From contig JBGARZ010000003.1 of the NCBI GenBank assembly GCA_044229975.1, positions 320,001 to 384,000 on the forward strand: 64,000 nucleotides of DNA, written 5' to 3'. The DNA comes from Polyangiales bacterium (GTDB lineage Bacteria; Myxococcota_A; Polyangia; Polyangiales; Ga0077539). The notes beneath the pieces are model-generated. The model did no database searches. It worked only from the letters and a program-made list of their open reading frames with translations, and had not been told where the DNA came from. Of the stretch, positions 9,594-20,272 are shown piece after piece (the stretch's first letter is position 1; every line of letters begins with the position of its first letter). Both the position numbers and the translations under genes were made by a program.

Positions 9594-11741
9594 ATGGCAC
9601 GACGACCGACTCGCAATCAGGGTTCCCGCGGATGGAAGACCGTCGCGGCCACGCCACCGGCCCAGCGACCCGCTGCGTCGTCTCCTCCTCCCCCGACCGC
9701 GCCCGATGAGCCCGAGGCCGCGCCTGCGTTTGGCGAGCGCGCGTGGGAGCAGCACCTGGTCGTGGCCCTGCTCACGCTGGTCGTGCAGGCCGCGCAGTAC
9801 CACTGGCTCGCGACCGACCCGTCGGTCACGGGGCCCATCATCGACGGCCGCGAGTACCACGCCGAGGCCCTCCGCATCGCCCAGTCGGGCGCCGCGCCGC
9901 CGCTCCCGCACTGGCAGTCGCCGCTCTTCGCGTGGGCGCTCTCCCTCGCCTACCGCCTCGTCGACGCGAAGCCCGTGGTCGGTCTCCTCGCGCAGGCCGT
10001 GTTCGTCCTCGCCATCACGCAGACGCTGGTGGCCGTTGCGCGGACGGTGCTCCCGCCGCGCGCGGTCATCGCCGTCGGCGTCGCGGCCGCCTTCTACGGC
10101 CCGCTGCTCTTCTTCTCGTCGCAGCTCATCGCCGCGCCCCTCGACGCCGCGACGGCGCTGCTCGCCCTGTTGATCGCGGTGCGCTCCTCGCCCACGAGCG
10201 CGCCCTGGGTGCACCTCGCGCAGGGCCTCGCGCTGGGCGTCGCCGTGGCCGCCCGCGGAACCGTCGCTCCCTTCGTGCTCTTCCTCGCGTGGCGGGTCTT
10301 CCAGGCGCGCGCGACGCTCTCCACCCGCGGCGTGGCCTCGCGGCTCGGCGCGCTCGTGGTGGGCATCGTCGGTGGGCTGCTTCCGGTCGGCGTGTCCACC
10401 TGGCAGCGGTACGGAACCTTCCGTCTCTCCACGGCCAACGCGGGGATCAACCTCTTCGTCGGCAACAACAGCGACGTCGCCGCGACCACCGCCATCCGAC
10501 CCGGCTGGCGATGGGACGACCTCTCGTTCGAGCCCGCGCGCCACGGGGTCTTCGAACCCTTCGCACAGTCGGCGTTTTTCACCGATCGGGCCGTGTCGTG
10601 GGCGCTGCATCACCCGTACGCCTTCACCCGCGCGCTGGCGATGAAGCTCGTCGACACCTTCAACGGCGCCGAGATCGCCCGCAACCTCGACCCCTACGGC
10701 ACGCTCGGCCGCACGCCCCTCACCGCAGCGCTCCTGTGGCAGCACGGGCTGCGCTTTCCCTTCGGGCTCGTTCTGCCGCTTGCCGCGGTCGGTGCGCTCT
10801 CCGCCCTTCGCGCGCCCCCAGAACCCGATGAGCGTCGCGCGGCGTGGCAGACCGTCGTCGCCTTCGTGGCCCTCAACGCGCTGGGCATCGCGCTCTTCTT
10901 CCCGTCGGGTCGCTACCGACTCGCCATCGCCCTGGCGCTGCTCGTGCCCGCGGTCGAAGGCGTTCGGGTGATCGCGGCGTGGTGGCGGGAGCGCTCGCTC
11001 GATCGTCGCGTCGCGGTCGCGGGCGTGGCGCTGCTCGTCGCGGTCAACCTCGTCCCGGCCGTGACGGGCCCCGACCTCCACGACGAGGCCGCGCTCCAGC
11101 TCGGGTGGGCGCACCTGTCCGCCGGGCGCGTCAACGAAGCGGTCACCGTGCTCACCGCCGAGAGCCTGCGGCGACCCGACCAGGCCGACGTGTGGCGCAC
11201 CCTCGGCGAGGCCCGCGACCGTGCGGGTGACCAGGCCGGCGCCATCACCGCGCTCGAACAAGCCGTCGCCATCGCCCCCCGCAGCGCCCATGCGCGGCAC
11301 CACCTTGGGGCGATCCTCTTCACCAGCGGGCGCGCGGCCGAGGCGCGACCCCACCTCGAATCCGCGACGCGTCTGTGGCCCGCGCACCCCCTCGCCTGGG
11401 CCGATCTCGCGGGCGCTTGTCTCGACGTCGGTGATCCGCAGGCCGCACGACGCGCCGCCGATGTGTCCGTCGCGCGCAGCCCCAACCACGGCTACGGCTG
11501 GTACTACCGGGGCCTCGCCCGGCAGCGCACGGGCGACCCGAGCGGCGCCATCGCCGACCTCACCCGCGCGGCGGCGCTGCTGCCGACCACGCCCGACGTG
11601 CGGCTCGCCCTCGTCGAGGCCATCGACGCCACGGGCCGACGGGCCGACGCGCTCGCCGCGCTGCGCGAGGGGCTCCGCGTGAGCCCGCGCAACCGTCGCA
11701 TGCGCGCGCTCCTGCGGCAGTGGGAAGCACCCGCCCGCTGA
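9594..11741 (+). CDS. PMT/GT39-like membrane glycosyltransferase with C-terminal TPR repeats
   Basis: IDGREYH first-loop motif, NAGINLFVGNN, FFPSGRYRL, many TM helices, TPR-like helical repeats at the C-terminus. Confidence 0.78.
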   Translation: MARRPTRNQGSRGWKTVAATPPAQRPAASSPPPPTAPDEPEAAPAFGERAWEQHLVVALLTLVVQAAQYHWLATDPSVTGPIIDGREYHAEALRIAQSGAAPPLPHWQSPLFAWALSLAYRLVDAKPVVGLLAQAVFVLAITQTLVAVARTVLPPRAVIAVGVAAAFYGPLLFFSSQLIAAPLDAATALLALLIAVRSSPTSAPWVHLAQGLALGVAVAARGTVAPFVLFLAWRVFQARATLSTRGVASRLGALVVGIVGGLLPVGVSTWQRYGTFRLSTANAGINLFVGNNSDVAATTAIRPGWRWDDLSFEPARHGVFEPFAQSAFFTDRAVSWALHHPYAFTRALAMKLVDTFNGAEIARNLDPYGTLGRTPLTAALLWQHGLRFPFGLVLPLAAVGALSALRAPPEPDERRAAWQTVVAFVALNALGIALFFPSGRYRLAIALALLVPAVEGVRVIAAWWRERSLDRRVAVAGVALLVAVNLVPAVTGPDLHDEAALQLGWAHLSAGRVNEAVTVLTAESLRRPDQADVWRTLGEARDRAGDQAGAITALEQAVAIAPRSAHARHHLGAILFTSGRAAEARPHLESATRLWPAHPLAWADLAGACLDVGDPQAARRAADVSVARSPNHGYGWYYRGLARQRTGDPSGAIADLTRAAALLPTTPDVRLALVEAIDATGRRADALAALREGLRVSPRNRRMRALLRQWEAPAR

Positions 11742-11765
11742 TCGTGCGGTGAGCCGGACGGGTGT

Positions 11766-11794
11766 TTGCGACTCGCAGAGTCGGGGGGTAGCGT
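11766..11794 (+). promoter_or_regulatory. sigma70-type promoter giving a probable leaderless transcript
   Basis: TTGCGA-17 nt-TAGCGT, ending 6 nt before ATG 11801. Confidence 0.55.
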
Positions 11795-11800
11795 CCGCCC

Positions 11801-12352
11801 ATGCGCGACGTCGCGTTGGGCCAATGGATCTATTTCGCGTGGCATCTGCCCACGATGTTGCTGTGTGGGGCGACGGCGGCGCTCGCCGTGGTGATGGCGC
11901 GTTCGCTCTGGCGTGATGACCTCGACGCCTCCGAGCGCCGACTGCGCTTCGCCATCCTGGGATGGAGCGCGGTGCTCTCCTCGGTGCTCTCGGTCGTCGT
12001 GTGGCCCTACCTCTCGGCCTTCGCGTCGGTCGAGGTGGCCCGCGACGGAACGTGGTCGCTCCGCAACTACCTCGGTGTCCCGGTCGCCGTGGTTCGCGCC
12101 GACGAGGTGCGACGCCTCCAGGGCGAAGACCTCGGCGGGCTCAACCTCGGGTCGGGGCGCATCCGGGTCCTCCGTGCGGATGGCTCGGCGGTGGAGTCGG
12201 TGCGCGTCTCGGGCCTCGGCTTCGGCCGCGCGTGCGAAGCGCTCGGCTACCCCGCGGAGGCGCTCTTCCCCTCGCGCGGCAGCGTCGTCACGGGGCTACA
12301 CACCTACGGGCCGGGCGGCCCCGTTCCATCGGCCGAGATCGCCTCACGCTGA
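11801..12352 (+). CDS. Hypothetical membrane protein (2 TM plus soluble domain)
   Basis: GC3-biased ORF, two hydrophobic segments, promoter directly upstream. Confidence 0.7.
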   Translation: MRDVALGQWIYFAWHLPTMLLCGATAALAVVMARSLWRDDLDASERRLRFAILGWSAVLSSVLSVVVWPYLSAFASVEVARDGTWSLRNYLGVPVAVVRADEVRRLQGEDLGGLNLGSGRIRVLRADGSAVESVRVSGLGFGRACEALGYPAEALFPSRGSVVTGLHTYGPGGPVPSAEIASR

Positions 12353-12823
12353 CGCGAGCGCGTCGAAGGCCGCGACGACGGCCGCGGGCGCCTGCACCAG
12401 CTCGACGAGCACCCCCTCCGCGCCGCGCGGGAAGTCGGCGTTGCCCTTCGGGTGGATGAAGCACACGTCGAAGCCCGCCGCCCCGCGACGAATACCGCCC
12501 GGAGTAAACCGAACGCCCTGCGCCGTGAGCCAGGCCACGGCGGCGGGGAGGTCGTCGATCCAGAGGCCGATGTGGTTGAGCGCCGGGTCGTGCACCCGCG
12601 GGCTGCGGGCCGGGTCGACGGGCTGCATCAGGTCGAGCTCGACGCGCGCGAGGCCCCGGCCGACGCTGGTGATGTCCTCGTCGACGTTCTCGCGCTCGCT
12701 GCGATAGGAGCCCTCGGGGGTCGCGCCGAGGAGGTCGACCCAGAAGGCACGCAGCGCGCCCTTGTCGGGGCCTCCCACCGCGATCTGTTGCACGCCCAGC
12801 ACCCGAAACGGTCGTTGGTTCAT
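12344..12823 (-). CDS. VOC-family protein (methylmalonyl-CoA epimerase/glyoxalase-like)
   Basis: [41 protein letters not shown]. Confidence 0.88.
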   Translation of the reverse strand: MNQRPFRVLGVQQIAVGGPDKGALRAFWVDLLGATPEGSYRSERENVDEDITSVGRGLARVELDLMQPVDPARSPRVHDPALNHIGLWIDDLPAAVAWLTAQGVRFTPGGIRRGAAGFDVCFIHPKGNADFPRGAEGVLVELVQAPAAVVAAFDALASA

Positions 12824-12835
12824 TGGGTCTCCTCG

Positions 12836-14518
12836 TCAGCGCGGAAGCGGGTTTTCACGGTGGGCGCGGCGCACCTCTTCGGCGAGCTCTTCGGCGCGCA
12901 TCGGTCGCGCAGGGGTGTCGTCGGCCTCGCGCGAGGCGTGCCAGCTGCGCCCCTGATCGTCGCTCCAGCGCACCACCGTGGCGTCGCCCGACATGAACAA
13001 AAGCAGCCGCGAGCCGCTCGTGAACATCCACGCCGCGCGCACCGCGAGGCCCCCGTGGCGGGTGTCGTCGGAGAGCACCACCACCTCGTCGCGCGCGTCG
13101 GAGTCGGGCGTCGCGAGCGGTCGACGGAGCACCCGCGGCGCGTCGTGCTCGCCCACCGCCCGAACCATCACCAGCGTGTCGCCCGCGCGAGCGAGCGCCC
13201 GCAGCCCCGGCACCGTGACGGGCGCCGTGCACCCCGACGGCAGCGCGCACGACTGAAACGAGGTCTCGCCGACGAGCGTCACTCCCGCGCCATCGCACGA
13301 GAGCCGCAGCGAGCGCCCGAGCACGCCGACGGACCCGAGCTCGCGCGGACCCTGGGCGTCGATGACCAGCACCCGCGTGGCCGCGGCGTCGGCGACCGCC
13401 ACGTACGCGAGACCGCCCGCATGGCAGGTGCTCAGGCGCGCGGCGGGGGACTGGAGCGGCGCAGGGGAGCGCCATGCGGACTGGGTGCCGAGACCGCGGA
13501 AGTCGAGGGCGAGGCCACCGGGGGTCGCCGTGCTGGTGACCCACCACACGGTCGACGGATCGCCCGCGGCGACCAGCGCCGACTCACGATCGAGCCCGAC
13601 CTCCGGGCCCAGGGGCACCACGGCCCCGGGGACGGCGCGCACCACCTGCTCGAACTGCGCGCGGCCCCCACGCTGGGTGACGGCGAAGACCACGTCGCGG
13701 CGCACCCTCAACGGCAGGCTCGTCAGCGGAACACCCCGCAGCCCGAAGAGCGGCGACCACGGGTCATCGGCCGACGCGATGGCGTAGGAGCTCGCCCCCT
13801 GGTCGACGAGCACCAGCGCCTCGGCGCGGTCGCTCGCGAGGAGGGCCAGCACCCCGCCGGTCGGGCCGGGCGCGGGGAAGCGGCGGCACTTCACCGTTCC
13901 GCCGCCGTCGCGGCTGCGACAGAAGATGCGCTCGCGGCTGCGGTCGACCCACATCACCGAGAGCACCCCGTCGCCGAGGCTTACGCCCACCGGGGTGGCG
14001 CTCTCCGAGAGGGACACCGGGAGGTCGTCGCCGACCTCGACGGCCCGCGGTCGTGGGGCGTCGGCCAGCGAGGGCTCCCGCAGCGCGACCCCAGCGGTGG
14101 TGAGCCGGTCGGATACCTCGGCGCGCAGGGCGTCCCAGGCCGGGCGCCACGCTCCGAGCTCGGCGGACGAGCCGTCGCGTCGAAGGGTCGCCACGAGCGC
14201 ATCGTCGGCGCGCAGGGCCGTGCGAAGCGTGTCGAGCCTCGGCGAGGATGGGCGGTTGGCGGCGAGCGGCTCGATGCAGCGCGACGGCCAGGCGCGCGCC
14301 GTGTCAGGGCCGAGCGCGACCCGACGAAGGTGACGCGGAAACTCCCCCGCGCGGGCCGACGGCGGCTCGGTGCCGAAGAGGCAGCCCTCGACGCGCGCCA
14401 TCGGGTCGACCCAGGCGAGCGCTTCGCGCGTGGCTTCGCGCTTCTGCGTGGCGCGGTGCTGCCACAGGAGCAGGGCCCCCGCACCGCCTCCGAGCACCAC
14501 CACCGCACCCACCGCCAT
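12836..14518 (-). CDS. Hypothetical membrane-anchored/exported protein (start uncertain)
   Basis: N-terminal hydrophobic helix, paired Cys, beta-rich body, SDDQGRSW (BNR/Asp-box-like) near the C-terminus. Confidence 0.62.
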   Translation of the reverse strand: MAVGAVVVLGGGAGALLLWQHRATQKREATREALAWVDPMARVEGCLFGTEPPSARAGEFPRHLRRVALGPDTARAWPSRCIEPLAANRPSSPRLDTLRTALRADDALVATLRRDGSSAELGAWRPAWDALRAEVSDRLTTAGVALREPSLADAPRPRAVEVGDDLPVSLSESATPVGVSLGDGVLSVMWVDRSRERIFCRSRDGGGTVKCRRFPAPGPTGGVLALLASDRAEALVLVDQGASSYAIASADDPWSPLFGLRGVPLTSLPLRVRRDVVFAVTQRGGRAQFEQVVRAVPGAVVPLGPEVGLDRESALVAAGDPSTVWWVTSTATPGGLALDFRGLGTQSAWRSPAPLQSPAARLSTCHAGGLAYVAVADAAATRVLVIDAQGPRELGSVGVLGRSLRLSCDGAGVTLVGETSFQSCALPSGCTAPVTVPGLRALARAGDTLVMVRAVGEHDAPRVLRRPLATPDSDARDEVVVLSDDTRHGGLAVRAAWMFTSGSRLLLFMSGDATVVRWSDDQGRSWHASREADDTPARPMRAEELAEEVRRAHRENPLPR

Positions 14519-14609
14519 GGCCCGTCGGCCCGAGGCGCCTCGTCTCCGTCTCACGTGTCGTTCGCCTCTCGCATCGCCGGGCGCAAGTGTACCGTCGGAC
14601 CTTACACCA

Positions 14610-16517
14610 ATGACCTTCGACGCCAACCAAAGCACCACCGACGACTTCTCCTGGGAGCCGCGGCCCCGCTACCGCGCGCTCCTGCTGGCGCTGCGCGAAG
14701 TGGTGGCCGCCGCGAACTCGCTGCGCGCCCTGCTGGTCAACGCCAGCGACCTGCTGCACGCGCTGCTCGACGCCGAGCGCATCACGGTGTTTGCCCTCGA
14801 CGAGCGCGCCTCGACGCTCTACTCCATCGCCCGCAGCGGAACCTCGTCGGAGGCGGTGCGCGTTCCGTGCGACGGCCGCACCATCGCGGGCTTCGTCGCG
14901 GTGAGCCGTCGCTCGGTGATGCTCCGTGACGCGCAGGACGCCGAGCAGCTCCGCGCGCTGCACCCCAACCTCGCGGTCGGAGCGATCGGCGACGGCGACG
15001 TCCGCACGGTGCTCGCGGCGCCCATCCTCGGGCCGACCCGCGCGGTGGGTGTGCTGGAGTTCGTCAACTCGCTCGATGGCGACGCATTTCGCGGCGACGA
15101 CATGCGGCTCGCCGAGGCCATCGGTCGACTGCTCGCGCCCAAGCTCGAAGCGCTCAACGCCGAGGCGGCGGCGCCGAAGATGGCCTCGCGCTTCCCCTCG
15201 CTCAACCGCCGCGAGGATCGCAACGAGCCGCTCGGCCAGCTCCTTATCGAAGCCGCGAAGATTCGAGGGACGGAGGCCGAGCGCGAGGCCGAGGCGCGAG
15301 AGAACGAGGACCGTGACTCCGACTCGCTCGCGGCGCGGGTGGTGCGGCGCATCGTGCTCGACGCCCAGGCGCGCGGCGCGTCGGACGTGCACTTCGAGCC
15401 CGCGCCAGGGAGGGACGGGATGCGTGTACGGCTGCGCGTCGATGGTGACTGCGTCGACCACGCGCTCATCCCCGCCAGCTTTCGCGCGAGCGTGGTGCAG
15501 CGCATGAAGGTGCTCGCCGACCTCGACCTCGCCGAGCGGCGGCGGCCGCAGGACGGGCGCTTCCGGGTGCAGCACGGCGACGTGGCCGTGGACGTCCGCA
15601 TGGCGACGCTGCCCACCATCGGCGACAACGAGGACGTCACCATCCGACTGCTCTCGGCGTGGAAGCCACGGCCGCTCGACCAGATGGAGTTCTCGGACGT
15701 GAACCTGGAGCGGTTCCGCTCGATCATCGGTGCGCCGTACGGCATCGCGCTGGTGGTGGGGCCCACCGGGTCCGGCAAGACCACGACGCTGCACTCCGCG
15801 GTGGGCGCGCTCAACAGCGTCGACCGCAAGGTGGTCACCGTCGAAGACCCGGTGGAGATCGTTCAGCCGGGCCTACGGCAGGTGCAGGCCAACGCGCGCA
15901 TCGGGCTCGGCTTCCCGGAGGTGCTGCGGGCGTTTCTGCGGTCCGACCCGGACGTCATCATGGTCGGCGAGATGCGCGACCGCATCACGGCGGGCGTCGC
16001 GGTGGAGGCCTCGCTCACCGGGCACCTCGTGCTCTCGACCCTGCAGGCCAACAGCGCGGCGGAGACCGTTCCTCGTCTGCTCGGGATGGACATCGACCCG
16101 TACGCCTTCGCCGACGCGCTCCGCGGCGTGCTCGCGCAGCGCCTCGTGAAGCGGCTCTGCACCCAGTGCCGCATTCCGTACGCGCCGACGCCGACGGAGT
16201 GGGAGGAGGTCTCCAACGCCTACGGTCACGAAGCCTTCGAGGCGAAGACCGAGCGAACGTCCATGGAGTTCATGCTCCACCGCGCCGTCGGGTGTCCGAA
16301 GTGCGGCGGCACCGGCTACCACGGGCGCGTCGCCCTGCATGAGATCCTGCCGGGGAGCGCGGCCGTCGCCGAGCTCATTCGCCGACGCGCGACCATCATC
16401 GAGCTGCGCGAGGCGGCCGATCGCGAGGGCATGACGACGGTGCGCCAGGACGGCATCGAGAAGGCCCTCGCGGGCATCACCGATCTCAGCCAGGTGCGGG
16501 CGGCGTGCCTGTTCTGA
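14610..16517 (+). CDS. GAF-domain GspE/PilB-family secretion ATPase
   Basis: N-terminal GAF (GIAG-like TIAGFVA, VLAAPI, GVLEFVN); ASDVHFEP, PQDGR, Walker A GPTGSGKTT, EDPVE, DPDVIMVGEMRD, CxxC...CxxC. Confidence 0.9.
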   Translation: MTFDANQSTTDDFSWEPRPRYRALLLALREVVAAANSLRALLVNASDLLHALLDAERITVFALDERASTLYSIARSGTSSEAVRVPCDGRTIAGFVAVSRRSVMLRDAQDAEQLRALHPNLAVGAIGDGDVRTVLAAPILGPTRAVGVLEFVNSLDGDAFRGDDMRLAEAIGRLLAPKLEALNAEAAAPKMASRFPSLNRREDRNEPLGQLLIEAAKIRGTEAEREAEARENEDRDSDSLAARVVRRIVLDAQARGASDVHFEPAPGRDGMRVRLRVDGDCVDHALIPASFRASVVQRMKVLADLDLAERRRPQDGRFRVQHGDVAVDVRMATLPTIGDNEDVTIRLLSAWKPRPLDQMEFSDVNLERFRSIIGAPYGIALVVGPTGSGKTTTLHSAVGALNSVDRKVVTVEDPVEIVQPGLRQVQANARIGLGFPEVLRAFLRSDPDVIMVGEMRDRITAGVAVEASLTGHLVLSTLQANSAAETVPRLLGMDIDPYAFADALRGVLAQRLVKRLCTQCRIPYAPTPTEWEEVSNAYGHEAFEAKTERTSMEFMLHRAVGCPKCGGTGYHGRVALHEILPGSAAVAELIRRRATIIELREAADREGMTTVRQDGIEKALAGITDLSQVRAACLF

Positions 16518-17307
16518 AGGCCCGCCACGCCAGCACGGTGTAGGTCACCGCGAAGGCGATGCACTGCGCCGCGGCCATCCCCTCGTCGGCGCGCCACGGC
16601 ACACACAGCCACAGAGACAGCGAGCACCACAGAAGCGCGAGCACGCCCATCGCGCGGGCCCTCGTACGCGGGAGCAGCGGCGTGCGGCGCGAGCGCACCC
16701 AGGTGACGACGGCGTAGGCGAGCGAGAGCACGACCGTGACGGAGCGCACCGCGCGCATGAGCTGATTGACGTGGCGGCGGGCTGGGGTCTCCCAGGAGGT
16801 GTCTCCGCGGATGGAGGCGAGCGCGGCGCGGTGCAGCGCGCGGGCGTCGCGGGCGCGGTGCGCGGGGGCGAGCAGCACGACGAGCACGGCGTCGTCTTCG
16901 AGCGGGACGGCCGTGGCCCAGCGGACGACGGTGACGCCACCTGCGAGCGTCGCGGTGCCTGCGAGGGTCTCCACGGGGAAGCCGAAGACGCGGTCGTGCT
17001 CGACGCGGTCGGTGAACTCGAAAGCGTCGGCGCGGCGGAGCTCGGCGCGCTCGCGGGGGACCAGCGCGCGCTGCGGGACGATCGCGTCGAGGTGCAACAC
17101 CTGCAACACCATGGGCCCCTCGCCCGGCAGGTCGCCCGTTCGTTGGAAGACGTCGAGGAGGTCGGCGCGGGCGTCGTCGAGGGGGACGCGCTCGAAGCGA
17201 TCGGGCGCGGTGAGGGTGAACCGCGGACGCTCGTGACGCGCGACGGGGTTGGCCGTCACCGGCGCGGCGACGAGGACGAGCGCGAGCAGGAGCGCGGGTC
17301 GACGCAC
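16486..17307 (-). CDS. Hypothetical protein: signal peptide, periplasmic domain, 3 C-terminal TM helices
   Basis: GTG start RRPALLLALVLVAAP; hydrophobic C-terminus. Confidence 0.65.
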   Translation of the reverse strand: MRRPALLLALVLVAAPVTANPVARHERPRFTLTAPDRFERVPLDDARADLLDVFQRTGDLPGEGPMVLQVLHLDAIVPQRALVPRERAELRRADAFEFTDRVEHDRVFGFPVETLAGTATLAGGVTVVRWATAVPLEDDAVLVVLLAPAHRARDARALHRAALASIRGDTSWETPARRHVNQLMRAVRSVTVVLSLAYAVVTWVRSRRTPLLPRTRARAMGVLALLWCSLSLWLCVPWRADEGMAAAQCIAFAVTYTVLAWRAFRTGTPPAPG

Positions 17308-17319
17308 CCTGACGACCGA

Positions 17320-17985
17320 TCAGCGCGCGGGGTAGCGGGTGAGATCGAACGCGAAGCCGTCACCGCCGGGCGCGCCTTCGGGCAGGGCGAGGTCGGCGAG
17401 GCGCTCGGCCTCCACGACGGCCTCGTAGCGCACGCGATTGGCGGGGCCGAGGACGCGCAATCGCACCCGCGGGGCGTTGGCTTCGACGACGAAGGACTGC
17501 ACCCGCCGCGCGTCGGCCGAGCCGCCGAGGAAGGTGGGCGTGCCCGCGTTGACGTTGCCGCGCATGACGGCTTCGACGGTGACGCGGTCGACGGGACAGG
17601 GCTCGCGATCGTCGTCGGGGTTGGTGGTGCGACAGCTCGGGAGCAGCGCCCAGAGGCGGCGACCCTGACCGAGCGCACCGAGTCCGTAGGCCGTGGCGCC
17701 GGGCGGGGCGATGAACAAGAACACCCGCATCCGACGGAGCATCCCATCGACGGCGGACACGGGCACCGGGATGACCTCGTTGAGGTCGAGGGTGGTGCGC
17801 GGCGCGGGCGTCGGCTCGGTGGTCGCGGTGGTGGGCGGCGCGACCGCGACGGGCCCGCCCGGTGGGGCCGAGGTGGACGGAGCGGGAGCGCGTCGCCGAG
17901 AGCGTCGGTGCTGCGCCGAGGCGGAAGCAGGGAGGAGCGCGAGCGCGGCCACGAGGGCCGACACGATCGGGGTGCGGATGAGCAT
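17320..17985 (-). CDS. Hypothetical secreted protein
   Basis: GGAGG RBS before ATG 17985; signal peptide ending ASA-Q; Pro/Thr linker. Confidence 0.7.
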   Translation of the reverse strand: MLIRTPIVSALVAALALLPASASAQHRRSRRRAPAPSTSAPPGGPVAVAPPTTATTEPTPAPRTTLDLNEVIPVPVSAVDGMLRRMRVFLFIAPPGATAYGLGALGQGRRLWALLPSCRTTNPDDDREPCPVDRVTVEAVMRGNVNAGTPTFLGGSADARRVQSFVVEANAPRVRLRVLGPANRVRYEAVVEAERLADLALPEGAPGGDGFAFDLTRYPAR

Positions 17986-18017
17986 GGCGAAGACCTCCGG
18001 CGCGATGATCGCCGATG

Positions 18018-20267
18018 CTACTCCACAGGCGCCGCGGGCGTCGCATTCCGGCCGCGAGCGACCGCAACCACCGCGGCGAGCAGAACGACCAGGGCCGCGG
18101 CGCTCACCCCGGCCCCGCGACGCAGGGAGCGGGGACGAAACTCGAAGGCCACCCGGTGCCTGCCCGCGGGCACGGCGACCGCCTTCTGGTTGATGTTGGC
18201 GCGCACGATGGGCGCCTCGCGGCCGTCGACGGTGGCGACCCAGCCCGGGTACCAGCTCTCGGCGACGATGAGCCACCCGGCGGTGGGCGCGTCGATGGTG
18301 GCGACGATGGCATCGGTGCCGCGGCGCTCGTAGGCGGGCGCGATGAGCGTCGCGGGACCGGTCGTCGGCGCGATGGGGAGCGCCCCCTCGGGCTGGTCGT
18401 GGAGCAGAGCTTCGCGGCGCGGGGAGAAGCGCTCGGAGAACATCCACGCGGCGGCGTGGCGGTCGCTGGTGACGTGCACGGCGTGACCGACGAAGAACAC
18501 GAGCGGCAGCGGATCGCGGACGCGGTAGAGGCGCGGCCATGATCCGCTGGGGATGGCGTCGAGGCGCTGCGACTGCACCTCGACGGGGGCGAGCAGGTGG
18601 GTCACGTGGTTCATCGCGAGGTAGCGGATGAGCGCGCCGTGCGGGACGATGTGGTCACCCTCGACGCGGTAGTTGGCGCGTACGAGGCCGTCGTGGTTGG
18701 GGGCGGTGGGACCCCACGCGCTGTCCATGTACTGCGTCGGAAGCCCGACGTAGCCGTCGGCCGAGGCCATCGACCACAGGAGGTTGGCGTCGGGCTGGAT
18801 GAGGTCGCGGGCGAAAGCGTAGGGGCGCAGATCGCGCCAACCGTGCGCGAGCGAGAAGGAGCGGTCGTGGATGGTCGACGACTCCATCGTGTAGAAGCGC
18901 TCGACGCCGTCGCGGCGCATGGCGAGGGCGGTAGGCGGCGGAGAGAGCCACGCGCGGGCATCGGCGAGCGGGTTCTGCCGGGGCTGGGTGAGCGCGAGGT
19001 CGACGGCCGTGAGCGCGACGAGGACCGCGCCGAGCATCGTCGGAGAGAGGCGCGTGGCGCGGAGCGAAGGGCGCTCGGACCACCACTGCTGGGCGCGCGT
19101 GAGGCCGAGGCCGGCGAGCACCGCGAGGGCGCCGCACGCCACGAAGAGCATCCGCTGCGGCAGACGGAAGCTCGACATCCCCGGCAGCAGCGTGAAGGCC
19201 ACGCGATAGAGCGGCGTGGCCGGACCGAGGGTGAAGAGCAACGCGAGCAGGGCGATGACGCCGAGGGTCTTCACGGCGCGGCGACGGTCGGCCGCGAGGG
19301 CGACGATCGCGAGCGGGACGGCGCACAGCCCGAGGTAGCCGTGCGACTCCCAGAAGACGCCGGTGCCGCGGTAGGTTCCCTCCCCGATGTCGCCGAAGGG
19401 GTACGGCACGATCAACCCCAGCAGGTTGGGCGGCCAGAACACCCACGACGTGGCGAACTCCCATGTGACGCCACCATGGCGACCGGACGTCCCGCCGAGC
19501 TCGGCCATCGGGAGGAGCTGCACCGCCCCGAGCGCGATGCCCACCATACAGGCTACGGTAAAGCGGCCGAGCGCGATGGCCCGCGCGCGGCGCCCGGCGT
19601 GGGCAGACCAGGCGCGCACCACCGCCCAGAGCCCGTAGCCGAGCAGGCAGTAGTAGAGCGACTGCGGAAACGCCGCCAGCACCTGCAATCCGAGCATCGC
19701 GGCGAAGGCGACGAGGGCGCGGTCGCGACGAGGCCCGGCGTCGACGGGGGCGAGCGCGTCTTCGACGAGCGAGAGGCCGAGGGGAAACCAGGCGATGGTC
19801 CCGAGCACGCCCATGTGGCGCCACTGCGAGACGAGCACGCCGCCGTGGGCCCACACGAGACCCGCCAGCACGGCGCCCGACCGCGACGCGCCGAGCACGC
19901 GCGCAAGCCGGGCGGCGCCGAAGCCGGCGATGGCGAGCATCAGCAGCAGGAAGGCGTCGTAGGCCGCGGCGGGTGGGAGCAGCGTGAAGAGAACGGCCCC
20001 GATGGGGTCGAGGGCGCCGCCGCCCGCGAAGAGGGGATAGCCGGAGTAGAGGTTGGGCTCCCAGAGCGGGAGGTGGCCCGAGCGGAGGGCGCGGCCGACG
20101 GCGGCGTGGATGGGGAGCTCGGCGCCCATGAGGTCGGCGACGAAGATGTCGTCGGCGAGGTTGACCGCGCGGAAGGTCAGCAGCCGCGGGTACGGCAGCA
20201 CCAGCAGCGCCGCGAGCAGCGCCCACGGCGACCAGCGGGCGAGGCGACCCTCGGGCGGGGCGGTCAT
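18018..20267 (-). CDS. YfhO-family membrane protein (GT-C fold)
   Basis: GHLPLWEPNLYSGYPLFA, AVQLLP..E....SGR, FRLPQR, C-terminal ESWYPGWVATVDG...VPAGRHRVAFEFRP. Confidence 0.88.
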   Translation of the reverse strand: MTAPPEGRLARWSPWALLAALLVLPYPRLLTFRAVNLADDIFVADLMGAELPIHAAVGRALRSGHLPLWEPNLYSGYPLFAGGGALDPIGAVLFTLLPPAAAYDAFLLLMLAIAGFGAARLARVLGASRSGAVLAGLVWAHGGVLVSQWRHMGVLGTIAWFPLGLSLVEDALAPVDAGPRRDRALVAFAAMLGLQVLAAFPQSLYYCLLGYGLWAVVRAWSAHAGRRARAIALGRFTVACMVGIALGAVQLLPMAELGGTSGRHGGVTWEFATSWVFWPPNLLGLIVPYPFGDIGEGTYRGTGVFWESHGYLGLCAVPLAIVALAADRRRAVKTLGVIALLALLFTLGPATPLYRVAFTLLPGMSSFRLPQRMLFVACGALAVLAGLGLTRAQQWWSERPSLRATRLSPTMLGAVLVALTAVDLALTQPRQNPLADARAWLSPPPTALAMRRDGVERFYTMESSTIHDRSFSLAHGWRDLRPYAFARDLIQPDANLLWSMASADGYVGLPTQYMDSAWGPTAPNHDGLVRANYRVEGDHIVPHGALIRYLAMNHVTHLLAPVEVQSQRLDAIPSGSWPRLYRVRDPLPLVFFVGHAVHVTSDRHAAAWMFSERFSPRREALLHDQPEGALPIAPTTGPATLIAPAYERRGTDAIVATIDAPTAGWLIVAESWYPGWVATVDGREAPIVRANINQKAVAVPAGRHRVAFEFRPRSLRRGAGVSAAALVVLLAAVVAVARGRNATPAAPVE

Positions 20268-20272
20268 CGGGC

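Noticed and set aside
12452..14929. Many long Arg/Ala/Gly-rich overlapping ORFs throughout the window
   Set aside because: Expected stop-poor shadow frames of high-GC3 genes; no motifs.
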